Shown: one piece after another, positions 25,977-37,970 of the stretch
Layout of the letters: each line of letters begins with the position of its first letter
Position numbering within the stretch: position 1 is the stretch's first letter
Origin: Octopus sinensis
Lineage: Eukaryota
Direction: 5' to 3'
Assembly (NCBI RefSeq): GCF_006345805.1
Contig: NC_043000.1
Span: 68,944,001 to 69,008,000, forward strand
DNA: 64,000 nt
Program-made: the position numbers and the translations under genes
Notes under the pieces: model-generated
Database searches by the model: none
What the model saw: the letters and a program-made list of their open reading frames with translations, nothing else
What the model was told of the DNA's origin: nothing

Positions 25977-27365
25977 ATATATTGTATAAAAGATCGTGGG
26001 TAAGGCCAAAACAATGCGAAGTAAATACAAGATAAATCGCAAGAAAACAAATATGTGAATTAATGTAGACTTACCTTGCATTCAATATTTCAGGGTTATA
26101 AACCCCATTTTCAAGAAATTGACGAATGTTGCCGATGGGCGTGTGTGGAGTGGACATGAGCAGAAGGGTGTTGCTATAACAACCAGCTAGCTTACTGTAA
26201 CTCCCTTCTATTGTTGATCTTGGGTTTCTTTTGGTGTGTGAGGATGGCCTCAGAGATTCTAAGGTTGCTCCTGTTCCACTGTGTTGCTTTGATGTGCACT
26301 GTGAATTCCCAGGTCTGGCATTTCTGTAGATGTTTCTTTATGGAAGTGTCTGCCTGCTTGTGTTCCTTAATGCATACATGCAGTTTTCTTGTCATGCTTC
26401 CAATGTAGGGTGTGCTACATTTGCCACAGATGATCTCATATACGACATAGGTCCTCTGGCACAATTCAGGGTCAGTTTGACAATGTGAACTCCTCAGAAT
26501 AGTGAGAGGTGTTGTTCTTGGACAGAGCTTTTCTTAGGGAAGGGCCAGTATGCACTATCTGTGTGTCTAGTCCTTCCCTGCGGACTGTGTGTTGTATCGC
26601 TGCAGTAGTTCTGTCATCAAAAGTGTGGTAGCTTCAGGAAGCACGTGCTGAACTTGGGAGTACGCTGGTTCTTCTGGGGTTCATTGACCTTGATATTCTT
26701 CAGGTGCCATTGTTTAGCTAAGTATGGTGGGTAGCCATTCAGAGTTAGGTCTCTGAGGAACTGTTTGGTGCTGACAGCTTTGTCGGTCATGTTGCTGCAA
26801 TTGCTGTTAATACGTGCAATCTCGTTTCTCATGTATGTGGCTTTGGCTCTGGTGGGCAAGTTTGATTGGTAGTGGACGAAAAGTTTCTATTAGTGGCTTT
26901 TCTATAGAATTTGGTAAATATGGAGCCTTCCTCTGTGATCTTGAGTTGAAAGTATGCATTAAGGAACACAAGCAGGCAGACACTTCCATAAAGAAACATC
27001 TACAGAAATGCCAGAACCGGGAATTCACAGTACACATCAAGGCAACACAGCAGAACAGGGGCAACCTTAGAATCTCTGAGGTCATCCTCATACACCAAAA
27101 GAAACCCAACTTCAACAATAGAAGGCAGTTACAGGAAGCTAGCTAGTTGCTATAGCAACACCCTTCTGTGCATGTCCACTCTACACATGCTCATACATAT
27201 GCACATTGGCAACATTCGTCAATTTCTTGAAAATGGGGTCATTACCTTGAAATATTGAATACAAAGTAAGTCTACATTAATTCACATATTTGTTTTCTTG
27301 TGATTTACCTTGCATTTACTTCACATTGTTTTGGCCTTACCCACGCTCTTTTATACAATATATTC
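25977..27365 (-). mobile_element. Penelope-like element 3' part (RT thumb plus GIY-YIG) with inverted copy of its 3' end
   Basis: ORF 26192-26464 VVYEIICGKCSTPYIGSMTRKL..IKEH...LRISEAIL..KKPKINNRRE; ORF 26617-26859 thumb-like; ~25977-26378 is repeated inverted at ~26950-27362. Confidence 0.88.
26081..26117 (-). ncRNA. Candidate ultra-minimal hammerhead (U3-A8); inverted paralogue at 27224-27259 (+)
   Basis: UUC UUGAAAA U GGGGUU uau AACCCU GAAA UA UU GAA: stem II intact, AUAU palindrome, only 3-bp stem I; located in the PLE 3' terminal repeat. Confidence 0.45.
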
Positions 27366-28966
27366 TACACAATGCTTCATAGTAATTATTCCATTACATA
27401 TATAAATATGTATGTGCATTTGTGTTTTTCTCCTACCACCTCTTGACAACTGGTGTGTGTTCATTTGGTTTGTTTATGTCTCATAACTTAGTAGTTCGGC
27501 AAAAGAGACCAATAGAATAAGTACCATGGTTAAAAGAAAAAAATTAAGTACTGGGGTTGATTTGTTAGACAAAACCCTTCAAGGTGATACCCCAGCATGG
27601 CTACAGAGCAATGAAACAAGTAAAAGATAAAGATATATATTCAATCTACTCAGCTAAGCAAGCATGGTAGTATGGTTAAGAAGTAGTTTCACAACTTCAC
27701 CATTCCTAATAGAATCCTTTTGTGCAACTCTTGAACAAGAATTTTGTCCCAGCCTTGTGCAGCCTTGAAGGATAAACTCAATCCATCACCTAGATGAACA
27801 CCATCACATGGATCTTGAGTGTCTTTAGTAGACTCCACTCTATTGCAAGAATTCAAGCAGGTTTTCAGACTGAGAATAACTTATGCTGGTCAGTCCCAGA
27901 AGCTCTAAAACGACTACTGGCACTACTCTTCCTCATCTCGCTAAGGCATAAAAAAGAAAAAGAAAAGAAAAAAAGCAGACCTCTGCTATTTTCACAACTA
28001 TTTTGGAATAGAAAGGTGAGCAAATTACGAGACTTGAAGTCAGTCATTATTCAATCATCATTCCAAGTTGCCAAAAAAGACCCTCACATATGTACAGGAA
28101 ATAATTTTCTCTTCTTCCACCTCATCATCATTTTTCTTATGCTTCCATGAGTTGCATAGTATCTTATCATTTATAACACTTTGTTAACTTCTTTGTGAGG
28201 TCCAGCCTCTTGGGATCAACTTTTACTTCTTCTTCCCAAGTCATTCTTGGTCTTCTTCCACAATGTCATTCCAGTTGGATTACTTGGCACATTTTTAAAG
28301 TCATGATGATGATGATGATGAATTTCCATCTTCCATCTGCATCACAAGTCTACACCAGCATGTTCTCCCTAGCATGCTACACCTGACTTCTCTTATACGA
28401 CCTTACTTTTCTCTTAGCCTATCTGTGCTTTGTTATTTATGCATATTAATATAGTCTGTAAATTTATTTAAAGATATATATATCCTGTACTTAAACTTGA
28501 TTTATGTGTCTTACTGAGAGAGTAAAATATATTTTTAGAATTTTAAATCTATATTTTCTCTTTAGAAAGAATTGTCAAATTAATTAACATATTTGCTAAT
28601 GAAGACTGATTTTTTTTATACTGCTTCACAAAATGTGATAAAGAGGTAAGGACAAGTTTTCCTTAAGAATGAGTTGATCCTACATATTTTGATAAAAACA
28701 GCTAAATATTAGAATTGAAAAGGTTTGGAAATTCTACAGTTTATGGAATGGTGGATTCAGTAAGTGATTGATACAAATAAATTTGTTTTGAACAAAATGT
28801 TGATTTTTGATAATCACTAGCTGGCTAACATCTGGAGTAGGAGTGAACCTAAATATTGTTTTATAAATATGCCCACTCTAATCAAATATGACATTCTAAC
28901 AATAAACAATGATGACTGTGCAATGTCAAATAAGTGTATTTAAACATATGAAGTTATCATACCTAC

Positions 28967-29040
28967 CTTTGGAAGTATACATAGTGAAAAATTTTTGAAC
29001 TCCAATCTACAACTGATTTGGGGATGAAGAAGAGCAAACC
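28967..29040 (-). CDS. ZDHHC4: ZDHHC4 coding exon 2 (GLLFFIPKSVVDWSSKIFHYVYFQR)
   Basis: 74-nt exon not in the ORF track; tattttttag acceptor, AAAG|GTAGGT donor; phase 0 in, phase 2 out, matching both neighbours; resembles the ZDHHC4 IP...HY.F.R segment. Confidence 0.85.
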
Positions 29041-29970
29041 CTAAAAAATAAAGTTTTAATAAGAATACATTATTTCTGTCTGTTCCATATTTGATGATGT
29101 TAGCAGAGAGTAACTGAAACCATACTCCACATATAGAACTGGCAGATGAACAAAAAATAACTCAGTACTCAAAAATTGATGACAGAAACATCACCATCAT
29201 AGTTGATGATTTTAATAGTTGCATTGGGAAATATGGTGTACATATATGGCATAATCATGACACAAGAAATAGAGTTTCAGGTACCCAAAATTTTGAAGTG
29301 CAAATGGTCTAACTATTTGAAACACAAATTCCATAAAGCAAGTTCAACAACTTTCATCAGCAATTCAAGTGGGCATGGGAACCAGATTGATTTTGTACTT
29401 ATCAGAAAATGAACCAAGCTGATGGTTGAGAACATAAAATCATTTTCTGGTGAGGAATGTATCATTCAGTTTCTATTGGTATCACCTAGTACTGTTTGCA
29501 AGTTTTACACATTACATGAAGAAGGAAGTGACAGAGAATTATACCATAGAAACTGAACATTCGCACCAAACAACCTGTCACAAGTTACAAATTTATAAAC
29601 TGGAGCCAGGTTCCAAATAATGAATTTGTGACTAGTATCCCTGGATAACATACTAGAGAAATAACAGAATGAACAGGGCTAAGCAACATGTTTAGACATA
29701 GCAAAAGAAAATGGTACCAGAGTGTAATACTAACTTACTTGTTCAGAAGCAAGATGTTCAAGAGAGAAGCTACATAGAGGATTTCTGTTAAGTGGATAGG
29801 AAGCTCTAAATTTTGATTAGTATAAACTGAATTAGTATGAATTGAGGGGAAATGAGACTGTTTTTCTTTTGTAATGATACAAAGAAAGAGTCATGTAAAT
29901 GCTATTGAGACAGGGCTTTGTTATTTTTTTTTTTTTGAACGAGAAAGTATGATAGCAAGGGTCTTCTTAA

Positions 29971-30172
29971 CACTTTAGCATTTAAACCAACCATATCCAG
30001 CCAAAATATTCTGTTTTTTGATAAAACCTCTTACACCTACCTTACAATGTCATTCTAAGAAAAAATAATCACATCATTGAAATCTTAAAGCTATGATATA
30101 ATACATACTTAATTCAAAACAATGTGAATAAATAAGCATTATATTTAACAGAGTAATCTAAATGCTAAAGGA
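29971..30172. mobile_element. piggyBac-like MITE
   Basis: ttaa|cactttagcattta ... taaatgctaaagga|ttca: short TIR with a degenerate TTAA target. Confidence 0.6.
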
Positions 30173-30399
30173 TTCAAGTGGAACTAACAAAGAGGCCAAT
30201 TACTGATGTTAGATTTAGCATGGTTAGTGAAACTATCAAGTAGATAAATATTAGCAAGTCTTTCAACAGCAGTTACTGAGGTGTTGAAAGTGTCAAGCTA
30301 TCTAAGTTCAGGTTAAATTTTATGATTTTTATGCCTTCTTTTTTTCAGAAATAGCTTGATGTATTGGTGAACAGTGAATGGCATTGGAGAGCATAAAGA

Positions 30400-31334
30400 T
30401 TAAAGTTGTAATTGAGAAAAAATTGGCTGACATGGAGGACTGGAAGCCATCTAAATACTGGAAAAAGGTTACCTGCATCATGATGATCCACGCTGGTTAT
30501 CAAAATGCTGACAGCATGACTGCTGCTCGATGTTCTTAACAGGGACAGCTGCAACAGAGACTACAAAGTTGGGGCTTGCAGGAAGGGACACAACAGGCAT
30601 TCTGACTGCATCCACATGCCAGAATTCACCCCCACATCTTTGAACAAAGTCTGATGCTCAATTCAGATGGCTATGTGAAGCTGCTGGATATTGTGGTCAA
30701 CTCCTAGCTGGAGAGAATTGTTGTCGGATGGGCATAAGTGGCAGTAAGATTCTCCTCCTTGCCATACCTCAAAAAAGAGTCAGAAGTAGTTGTCAGAATT
30801 TTTATGACTTCCCCAGCCCAATTTTCTGTACTTCTGATTCCTCTAATTGTAATTCCATGGATTACTATGTGTAGTCCGCAGTTGAGAAAGACACAATGGC
30901 TTTGCTGCAACACCAACGCTGAGCTGGTGGCCAAGATCAAGGAGGTGTTGGAAAATCTTCCCAGGGGCACAATGAGCAATGCATGTGCCAGGTTCCAATG
31001 CCATTTGAGACTATGGTGGAAGCTAAGGGAAGCTACTCTGAGTAAACTGTTATCTCCCAGTCATAATCTAGTTCAATGGTTCCCAGCCTGGAGTCTGCAG
31101 ACCCCTGATGGTCCACAAAGATAGTACCGGCAGTCCGTGAACTAAATTCAAAATTTCATATATATATACATAAAGATAAGCATATTAAAAGGGGTCTGTG
31201 GGAAAACTCATTTAAATAAAAAGGTTGGGAACCACTGATCTACCTAATATTTTTTGATTTTTTAAAATACTTTTATTTTGGATGTCTGCTTTACCTTTAG
31301 TGCAAACAGTCAAATTTAGCCTGGTCACCCTGTA
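30400..31334 (+). mobile_element. Tc1/mariner (maT/DD37D-like) transposase remnant
   Basis: Decayed LNSDGYVKLL, WQ*DSPPCHTSKKSQK and NCNSMDYYV motifs; terminus ...ggtcaccctg|ta. Confidence 0.75.
31074..31237. mobile_element. hAT (Charlie-like) MITE nested in the maT element
   Basis: TIRs caatggttcccagcct / aggttgggaaccactg; 8-bp flanks atctagtt / atctacct. Confidence 0.8.
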
Positions 31335-32498
31335 TATGTTAAATAGGTCATACATGTATCATTCTGAACAATAACAAGATCTAAGAAATGTACAGGAAAG
31401 GGCATATCATCACAACAGCTGAGGGAGTTTTAACAAAATTAGTTCTAATTTGGATGAGATGCAGTTTATGTTTGGGTTAGGGCCACAGGGCTCATGCCTG
31501 GTGATTGAAAGACATTAAGGAGAGATGTGCAATCCAAGCCATATGTATGAGAATGCTGTTAGCAAGGTTAAGTTTGGCATCAAGTTTAGAGAGTAATTCT
31601 GTATACAAGTAGATGTCCACAAGAGTTCTGTCATCCGTTTGCCTCTATTTATTATAGATCTTGGGAGGATTGGTTGTGTTGGTGAGAATTTTATATGTCG
31701 ATGAGATGGTCCCCTATCAAAAAGTGCTAATTAGTGACAGAGAACATGAAGTTGAACAACTGTCCATGAAATGGTCTTGCTTGATTCATAGAAAGTAGAT
31801 TAGAATTTAATTGTGCATACTCGATTCAAACAAAGGATATGTAAGAGTGGGATCTATTACTAGTTGTCAGAAAACCAGGACCAATGATTTAGATCACTAA
31901 AGGAACCTCTTAAAACAAAATCATAGACAGCTCAGATAACTCACAAGAGGTAGTTAATAGTTTCTCTTACACAGATGATATAATCAATGCTTGAGGTGGT
32001 TTTAGAAATTTAGGAGCTGTTGTCCTAAACGTAATAAAGATTTCTCTTTCTATATAAGAGGCAGATAGCATGAAGCAGTTAAACAGATGGTTAGACATGG
32101 ACATGATAATGAGAACAACAATGATAGGCTGACAATGATGTGTCAGTATTTCATTCAGGAATAAATATGACGTTGATATTTAATTTTAAATATCTTAATC
32201 TCTATTGTTAGAACTATAAGTGAACCATAATTTGTACCAGCCAATAAAGTTACTAGCGATATTAATCAAATCTCCCTCAAATTCCAATATACCATTATAG
32301 GGGAGGAGGACACAGTGGATAAGCAGTATCATGTGCACTGTGTTTTGTAAAAAGATAATATAGTCATGAATGAAATACCTTTGATCAAAAATCTGATCAA
32401 TCTTAACTAACATCATTATTATGTAATGTCCCTTTTCCATTTTGGCATGAACTAGATTGGTGTGAGTGACTTCCATGTGAGTGCATGGGGTTTATATA

Positions 32499-33319
32499 CC
32501 GTAAAAACCCATGTAATTTGTGCACCTGTGTAATTTATGCCTCTACTCATGTAAAATTCACCCCCAAAAGTTTTCAGAATAGCCCATATGGCCAGAGGAA
32601 AAAGGTTTTCAATATAGTTGTATTTAGTACAAATGTTTAGGTTTTCAATATATAGTTGTATAATTTCCCTAACTTATTAGATTTTATTAAATTTTCATTA
32701 ATTAAAAATAATTTCTGTTTAACAGGTATCACATTAAAAGCTATTAAATTACAAAGTGTTTGTGTTGTTTATAATAATACTAGCTGGCCCCATGCTGTCA
32801 AAAATGACAGCTAATTGTAGTATTTTATATATAAATATGGATAGTAAATCAAATTAATACACTTGTCAATGTTATCTAGTAGTTGTCTTTTGAGATGTGA
32901 CATCAATCATCATTGGTGTCACATCTCATACTGAAAGAACACTAGTTCACACAAACATTCACATACTTCCCTTTTGTATTATTATAACAGAAGATGACCC
33001 AGACCATGTTTATCAGCATGAACGTGAGATTTCAAAAAGTTAACTATTTAATGGTTTTAGTAAATTTATACAGAAAAAGTAAGCATTATACCGTCCAGCA
33101 TAAATAAAGTCAACTTCATTATATGTAAGCCCTTATTTTTTCTGTAAAAACCTATTCTGACATTAAATGAATCAACCCGGTACGAATGTTTACATTTTGT
33201 ATGTCTTTTTTCAACAAAAAAAAAATTCTGGAAATGGTTTACACATGTAATTTATACACTCACTAAAGTTTATTTTTATTTTTGTGGAAAAAATGCGTAT
33301 ATTACATGGGTCTTTACAG
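32499..33319. mobile_element. Non-autonomous Tc1/pogo-type element
   Basis: ta|ccgtaaaaacccatgtaat ... attacatgggtctttacag|ta. Confidence 0.75.
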
Positions 33320-33604
33320 TATTACCATAAGTTGTATAAAGTATATCACACCAACCTGAATGAACAATCCACTAACATGAACACAAACACTCTAAAATAT
33401 TAATCTTTATTTCACCTGCAATAAGACACCAATGGAGAAAATATATTATTACATGTGGTCTTAACTTTCCACAGCCTAAACACAATTATAGTCAACCAGC
33501 ACACAGATAATGACTTGAACTTTTATATCTATGTCTTATGTGCAAATATCATAGAAAAATGTGATCAGTGTTAGGTAAGTAAACCAAATACTTGGGAATG
33601 TTAC

Positions 33605-33745
33605 CTTGGATATGGTGTTCTTCATCCATCCCAGAGGTCCATTGATACAGGAGGGGTGCTCTCCACAAATGCAGACAACAGTAATACAGGAAAAGATCAG
33701 CAGGTAACCAATGAGTAGTGTCAAAAATTCCATTGCGAATGGCAT
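33605..33745 (-). CDS. ZDHHC4: Palmitoyltransferase ZDHHC4, coding exon 1 (MPFAMEFLTLLIGYLLIFSC...WMKNTISK)
   Basis: Acceptor ttttatttcag ends at 33750 (exon starts 33749), ATG at 33745, donor AAG|GTAAC at 33604; 141 nt, phase 0. MEFLTL resembles the ZDHHC4 N-terminus, so the second Met may be the true start. Confidence 0.85.
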
Positions 33746-35133
33746 GGAGCTGAAATAAAATGTTCATCAGTGATTTATTTTAGAATCTGTAGGCAATGGT
33801 TTGTATCATGAATAAACAAATTTCTATAGCTAAATTCATCTCATTCCTGCCCATCCAGCTCCCACTCTCCTTTTGCAATTTTGTGAATTTACTCTCCAAC
33901 CCCCACTACACTTCACAATATACACTTCCCTGTAACTTGAGTGTATGGCCCCTGCCTCCACCCCATCCCTTCTTCACTCCCCTTTTCTCTCTCCACATGG
34001 AGTAGCCATGTTTCTCCTCTAATGCAAGACATCTTTTTGTCTTTCGATACTTCTCCATGTCAATTGAAGTACCTTATCATGCAAGTGATTGGCATTGAGA
34101 AGGGCATCCAGCCATAGAAACCATGTCAAAGCAGACAGCAGAGCTAGGTGCAGTCTTCTGACTTGCCAATTCCTACCTAACCATCCAACCTATGCAAGCA
34201 TGGAAAATGGATGTTAAATGATGATTATATGAAACAAAAGATTACAGTGCCAGTCAACCTATGTAAATACATATGGGCATAGCGTGTAGGTAGCAATTTT
34301 TTATCTTTATCCTGAAGGCCTCTGCCTTTCACCCTTGAAAACTGGGGTTTTTTTTCTTAGTATCTGTAGTGGCGCATATATTTGTACCCATATATATATG
34401 TGTATTGTGTGTGTGTGTGCATGCAGGCATGCATACACACAGTTTGGGAACATATGCGGCATACAACTTTGTACATACATTGTATGTATGACTGAACATA
34501 CAATGCATATAGTTAGTGTTTTTGTTTACTGATCTATTTATTTCATTTCAGCCCAGCTTGCCCCACCACTCGGGACGTTTTTTTTTTCATTATAATTCTG
34601 ACCACTCCTTACTTCTTTATAATTCTTTACATATTCTACATTACTGATCTCAATTCTCTACCAGCTGCATTTCACATTGCTTGTGTGTTATGTTGCATTA
34701 TTGTGTATAAGTCATTTTTTTTTGTTCATTCCTCTTTTGCCTTTGTTCTCACTAACCTCACCTGATTTTACTATCACCACTTCTCTCCCATTTCAAATGA
34801 CTTGGATCTTGTAACAAACTTTGACTACTTGCTACTCACAAGCTTTTCTCTCTCTCTCACACACACTATACTCTTTCTTTCATTTTCTTATTGGTATTTT
34901 GCAACCAAGATAGCATGTTTTCACATATCTCCACCACCACCACAATTGAAAGACATGACAAAGGGGTTAGAACTATTTGTTACTCCTAACAATAATTGAC
35001 TTCACTGAACTCTTTTAATAACTCTTTTATCAGATACAGGGTGTTTGCACAAATAAGTACAATGTATTATCTGTAAATGTTATTGTAACCAAATATAGGA
35101 AATTTACAAGGATTCATAAAGAGAATAAATATA

Positions 35134-36011
35134 CAGGCAAATCTTGGCTTAAGTTGTTTCGATTTAAGTTGTTCTCAATTATCCGTTGGTTTTCAAAAAT
35201 AATGTATGGAAAAATAAAAATCAAGTCAAGTCATTTTATTCAACTTTACATCTGCCTGCCACAAATATTAGAATCATAAAATCACTAGAAAACCGTTAAA
35301 GGCACATAAAATCATGTTACCGTATAATAAATAAGAATAAAAGCATATAAAATCATATTAAAATACATACAGTAAATGTTAAGATACACACCATAAAGTA
35401 GTGTAACTTAGTGAATGAAATCATGAAATCAGCTGTGTTGTCTTATTTATCAGAGCTCATATTGTACGGTAGTTCCCATATCTACCGTTAGGCGTCATTA
35501 TCACTCATGATTCCCGCAATAGTTTTGAATTCAGATGTTTATCGGTTACTTTCTCGTTCTCATTCATGGTTCCTAAGAAAATTCATAGTGAAAGTGCTAA
35601 GTGTCATGCTATAAATGCTGAAAGATAAACTGGCTATTATAAAATGCCCTGCAAAAAGGTGGAAAAGTGGTGCAAATTGCACAATCTTTTGGGATGAGTT
35701 GGACAACCATATCATCGATTGTACATAATAAGAACAAGATTTTAGCACATATCAAATCTGAAGTCCCAAGAATGAGGAACACTGTCATCAATAAGAAAAA
35801 ATGATTTGTTTGTATGCTTAAAATATGTATTTTAGCACATATCAAGCATATCAAATCAGGTATTATTAAAAACGCATTGATAAATGAAGTACAGAACTGG
35901 GAATGCTTATTATTGGTTTAGCCTAGTGACAAGTTAATTCAGCTTAAGTTGTTATTCGACTTACGTTGTGTCTCCTGGAACCAATTAATGACGTAGGGTG
36001 AGGTATGCCTG
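35134..36011. mobile_element. Tigger/pogo-like internally deleted element
   Basis: ta|caggcaaatcttggcttaagt ... acgtagggtgaggtatgcctg|ta, with subterminal ttaagttgt repeats at both ends. Confidence 0.75.
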
Positions 36012-37096
36012 TACTGAATTTACTTGTGTAAAAAAATTCAATATAGAAGCAGGATTAATACCAAATGGCAATCTTTAAATCCTACTTTAACATGGATGTA
36101 TTATAAGAATGCTGATTTCAAGTCTGTACTTCATTGCTCTAAAAGTCTATATGCAAGTATTTCTCAAGGCAAATACTGCTGTATTATGGTGTTCTAACAA
36201 TACATCCACATTGAGTAACAAAGGTTGCCATTTGGTATTAATACTGCTTCCATCACTAATACTTCATTTTTACAGACCCAGTTGGCTATTTGAGACACCA
36301 GAGACTGAATAGTCACAATTTTTCAATATATCGTTAGCAGTGATATTTGGTTAGCATGTAGTGAGTGGACACCTGCTGCTGAGAAGGTGCAAACACACTG
36401 AAACCACATGATCTCACAGTTCTGCCACTGGTGCTGAATGATTTTTTTTGTTTATTACTGATCTGTCTGTGCTTCCTAGCACTAATCATCTATACAAGAT
36501 TTTTCAAGGTGAACTCCACAGTATTACAACATTATAACAATATATTCATGCTAAGTAGGATACAAGATTGTAATCTAATATTCCAAAATTCTGGGTCAAA
36601 ATTGGTGGGTAGCATTACATTTGAGTGTAAAAAAATATATAAGTGCAAAAATAAAACTACCAAATGACAATCCCGTGACTTCTAACAACTAATGCATGCA
36701 CTACATTGTCTGTAGCTCTGTAGGTCTAAAACATAGCATACGTAGCAAACATATCCAATATTAGTAGTAGTGTAGGGGCATGTGCTGCAACAGCAAGTTG
36801 CTGCAGCCACCATTTGTTGGTGATTCCTTACTCATGGCAGATGACACTAGTCAAGCAACAATCCTCCAATCCATGGATCTCTTTTCCCACTGAATCATTG
36901 TTGGTGAGGGTTTTAAGAGACCAGAGTGCAAATCCTGCCTCAACCTCTTTTGGTCACTTATGACATGCAGAAGAAACATTATGTCTATTCTTTGACATGT
37001 TGGTCCCCACACAGTACTAGAGCAATGTGAAATGAAGGGTTTTGCTTAAGAACATAACACGCTGCTTGTTTCAGTAATGAAAACCATGATCTTATT

Positions 37097-37325
37097 TCTT
37101 TACTGCCCACAAGGAGCTACACAGAGAGGGGACAAACAAGGACAGACAAACAGATTAAGGTGATTACATCGACCCCAGTGCATAGCTGGTACTTTATTTA
37201 TCGACCCCGAAAAGAAGGAAAGGCAAAGTCGACCTCGGCGGAATTTGAACTCAGAACATAGTGGCAGACAAAATACCGCTAAGAATTTCGCCCGGTGTGC
37301 TAACGTTTCTGCCAGCTCGCCACCT
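37097..37325 (-). mobile_element. Relatively young tRNA-derived SINE
   Basis: ggcgagctggcagaaacgttagca (A-box-like), gagttcaaattcc (B-box-like); CpGs retained. Confidence 0.8.
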
Positions 37326-37970
37326 AAAATGAAAACCATGATTTAGCAGTTGTGAGTGCAACACCCTCACCACTAAGCGACATGCCTTCATCCAATGACA
37401 ATTGTTAATTCTGTTAGCACACTGATGTGTGTGGTTATACAACCAAGTGTTCAAAAGAGATTACAAAACTGAAAATATTACAGTTTGAAATATGCAAGTT
37501 GCATTACTGACATATCTTTACTTGCTTCCTTCACTGAACTGTGGCCATGCTGGGGCACTATCTTGAAGGATTTAGTTGAACAACTGACTCCAGTACCTCT
37601 TTTAAATTCTAGCACTTATTCAATCAGTCTCTTTTGCAAAACCACTAAGTTATGAGGATGTAAACAAACCAACATCAGTTGACAACAAATCAAAGGAGGC
37701 AAAATGCAAAGACACACAGAGATACATGTATACACACACACACACACATATATGTTTATGAATTTGTGTTGCAAGATTCCTGATGTGAAACCATGTGTTG
37801 AAACAGATATTGTTGTATTTTGAGAGGGTCAGAGAATGGACTAAGCAGAGCAGGAGCACACACAAGGATGGAAAGTGTCACTAAAAAGGTCAAAGATGTG
37901 TAACGAAAGATTTCCAGACAATGGACATGAGTTAAAATAAGAACAGTAATAAACAAGTGAAGAACAAATA

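Larger units (their letters stand above)
29280..32130 (+). mobile_element. Very old RTE LINE remnants interrupted by younger elements
   Basis: NQIDFVLIRK, FSGEECI, LDEMQF and WSC-like fragments colinear with the RTE at 38-40.6 kb. Confidence 0.55.

Noticed and set aside
36930-37015. Minus-strand gaatagac...tgcatgtcataagtgaccaaaag, reminiscent of structured 5' ends of some retroelements
   Set aside because: Too decayed to assign a structure or family from sequence alone.
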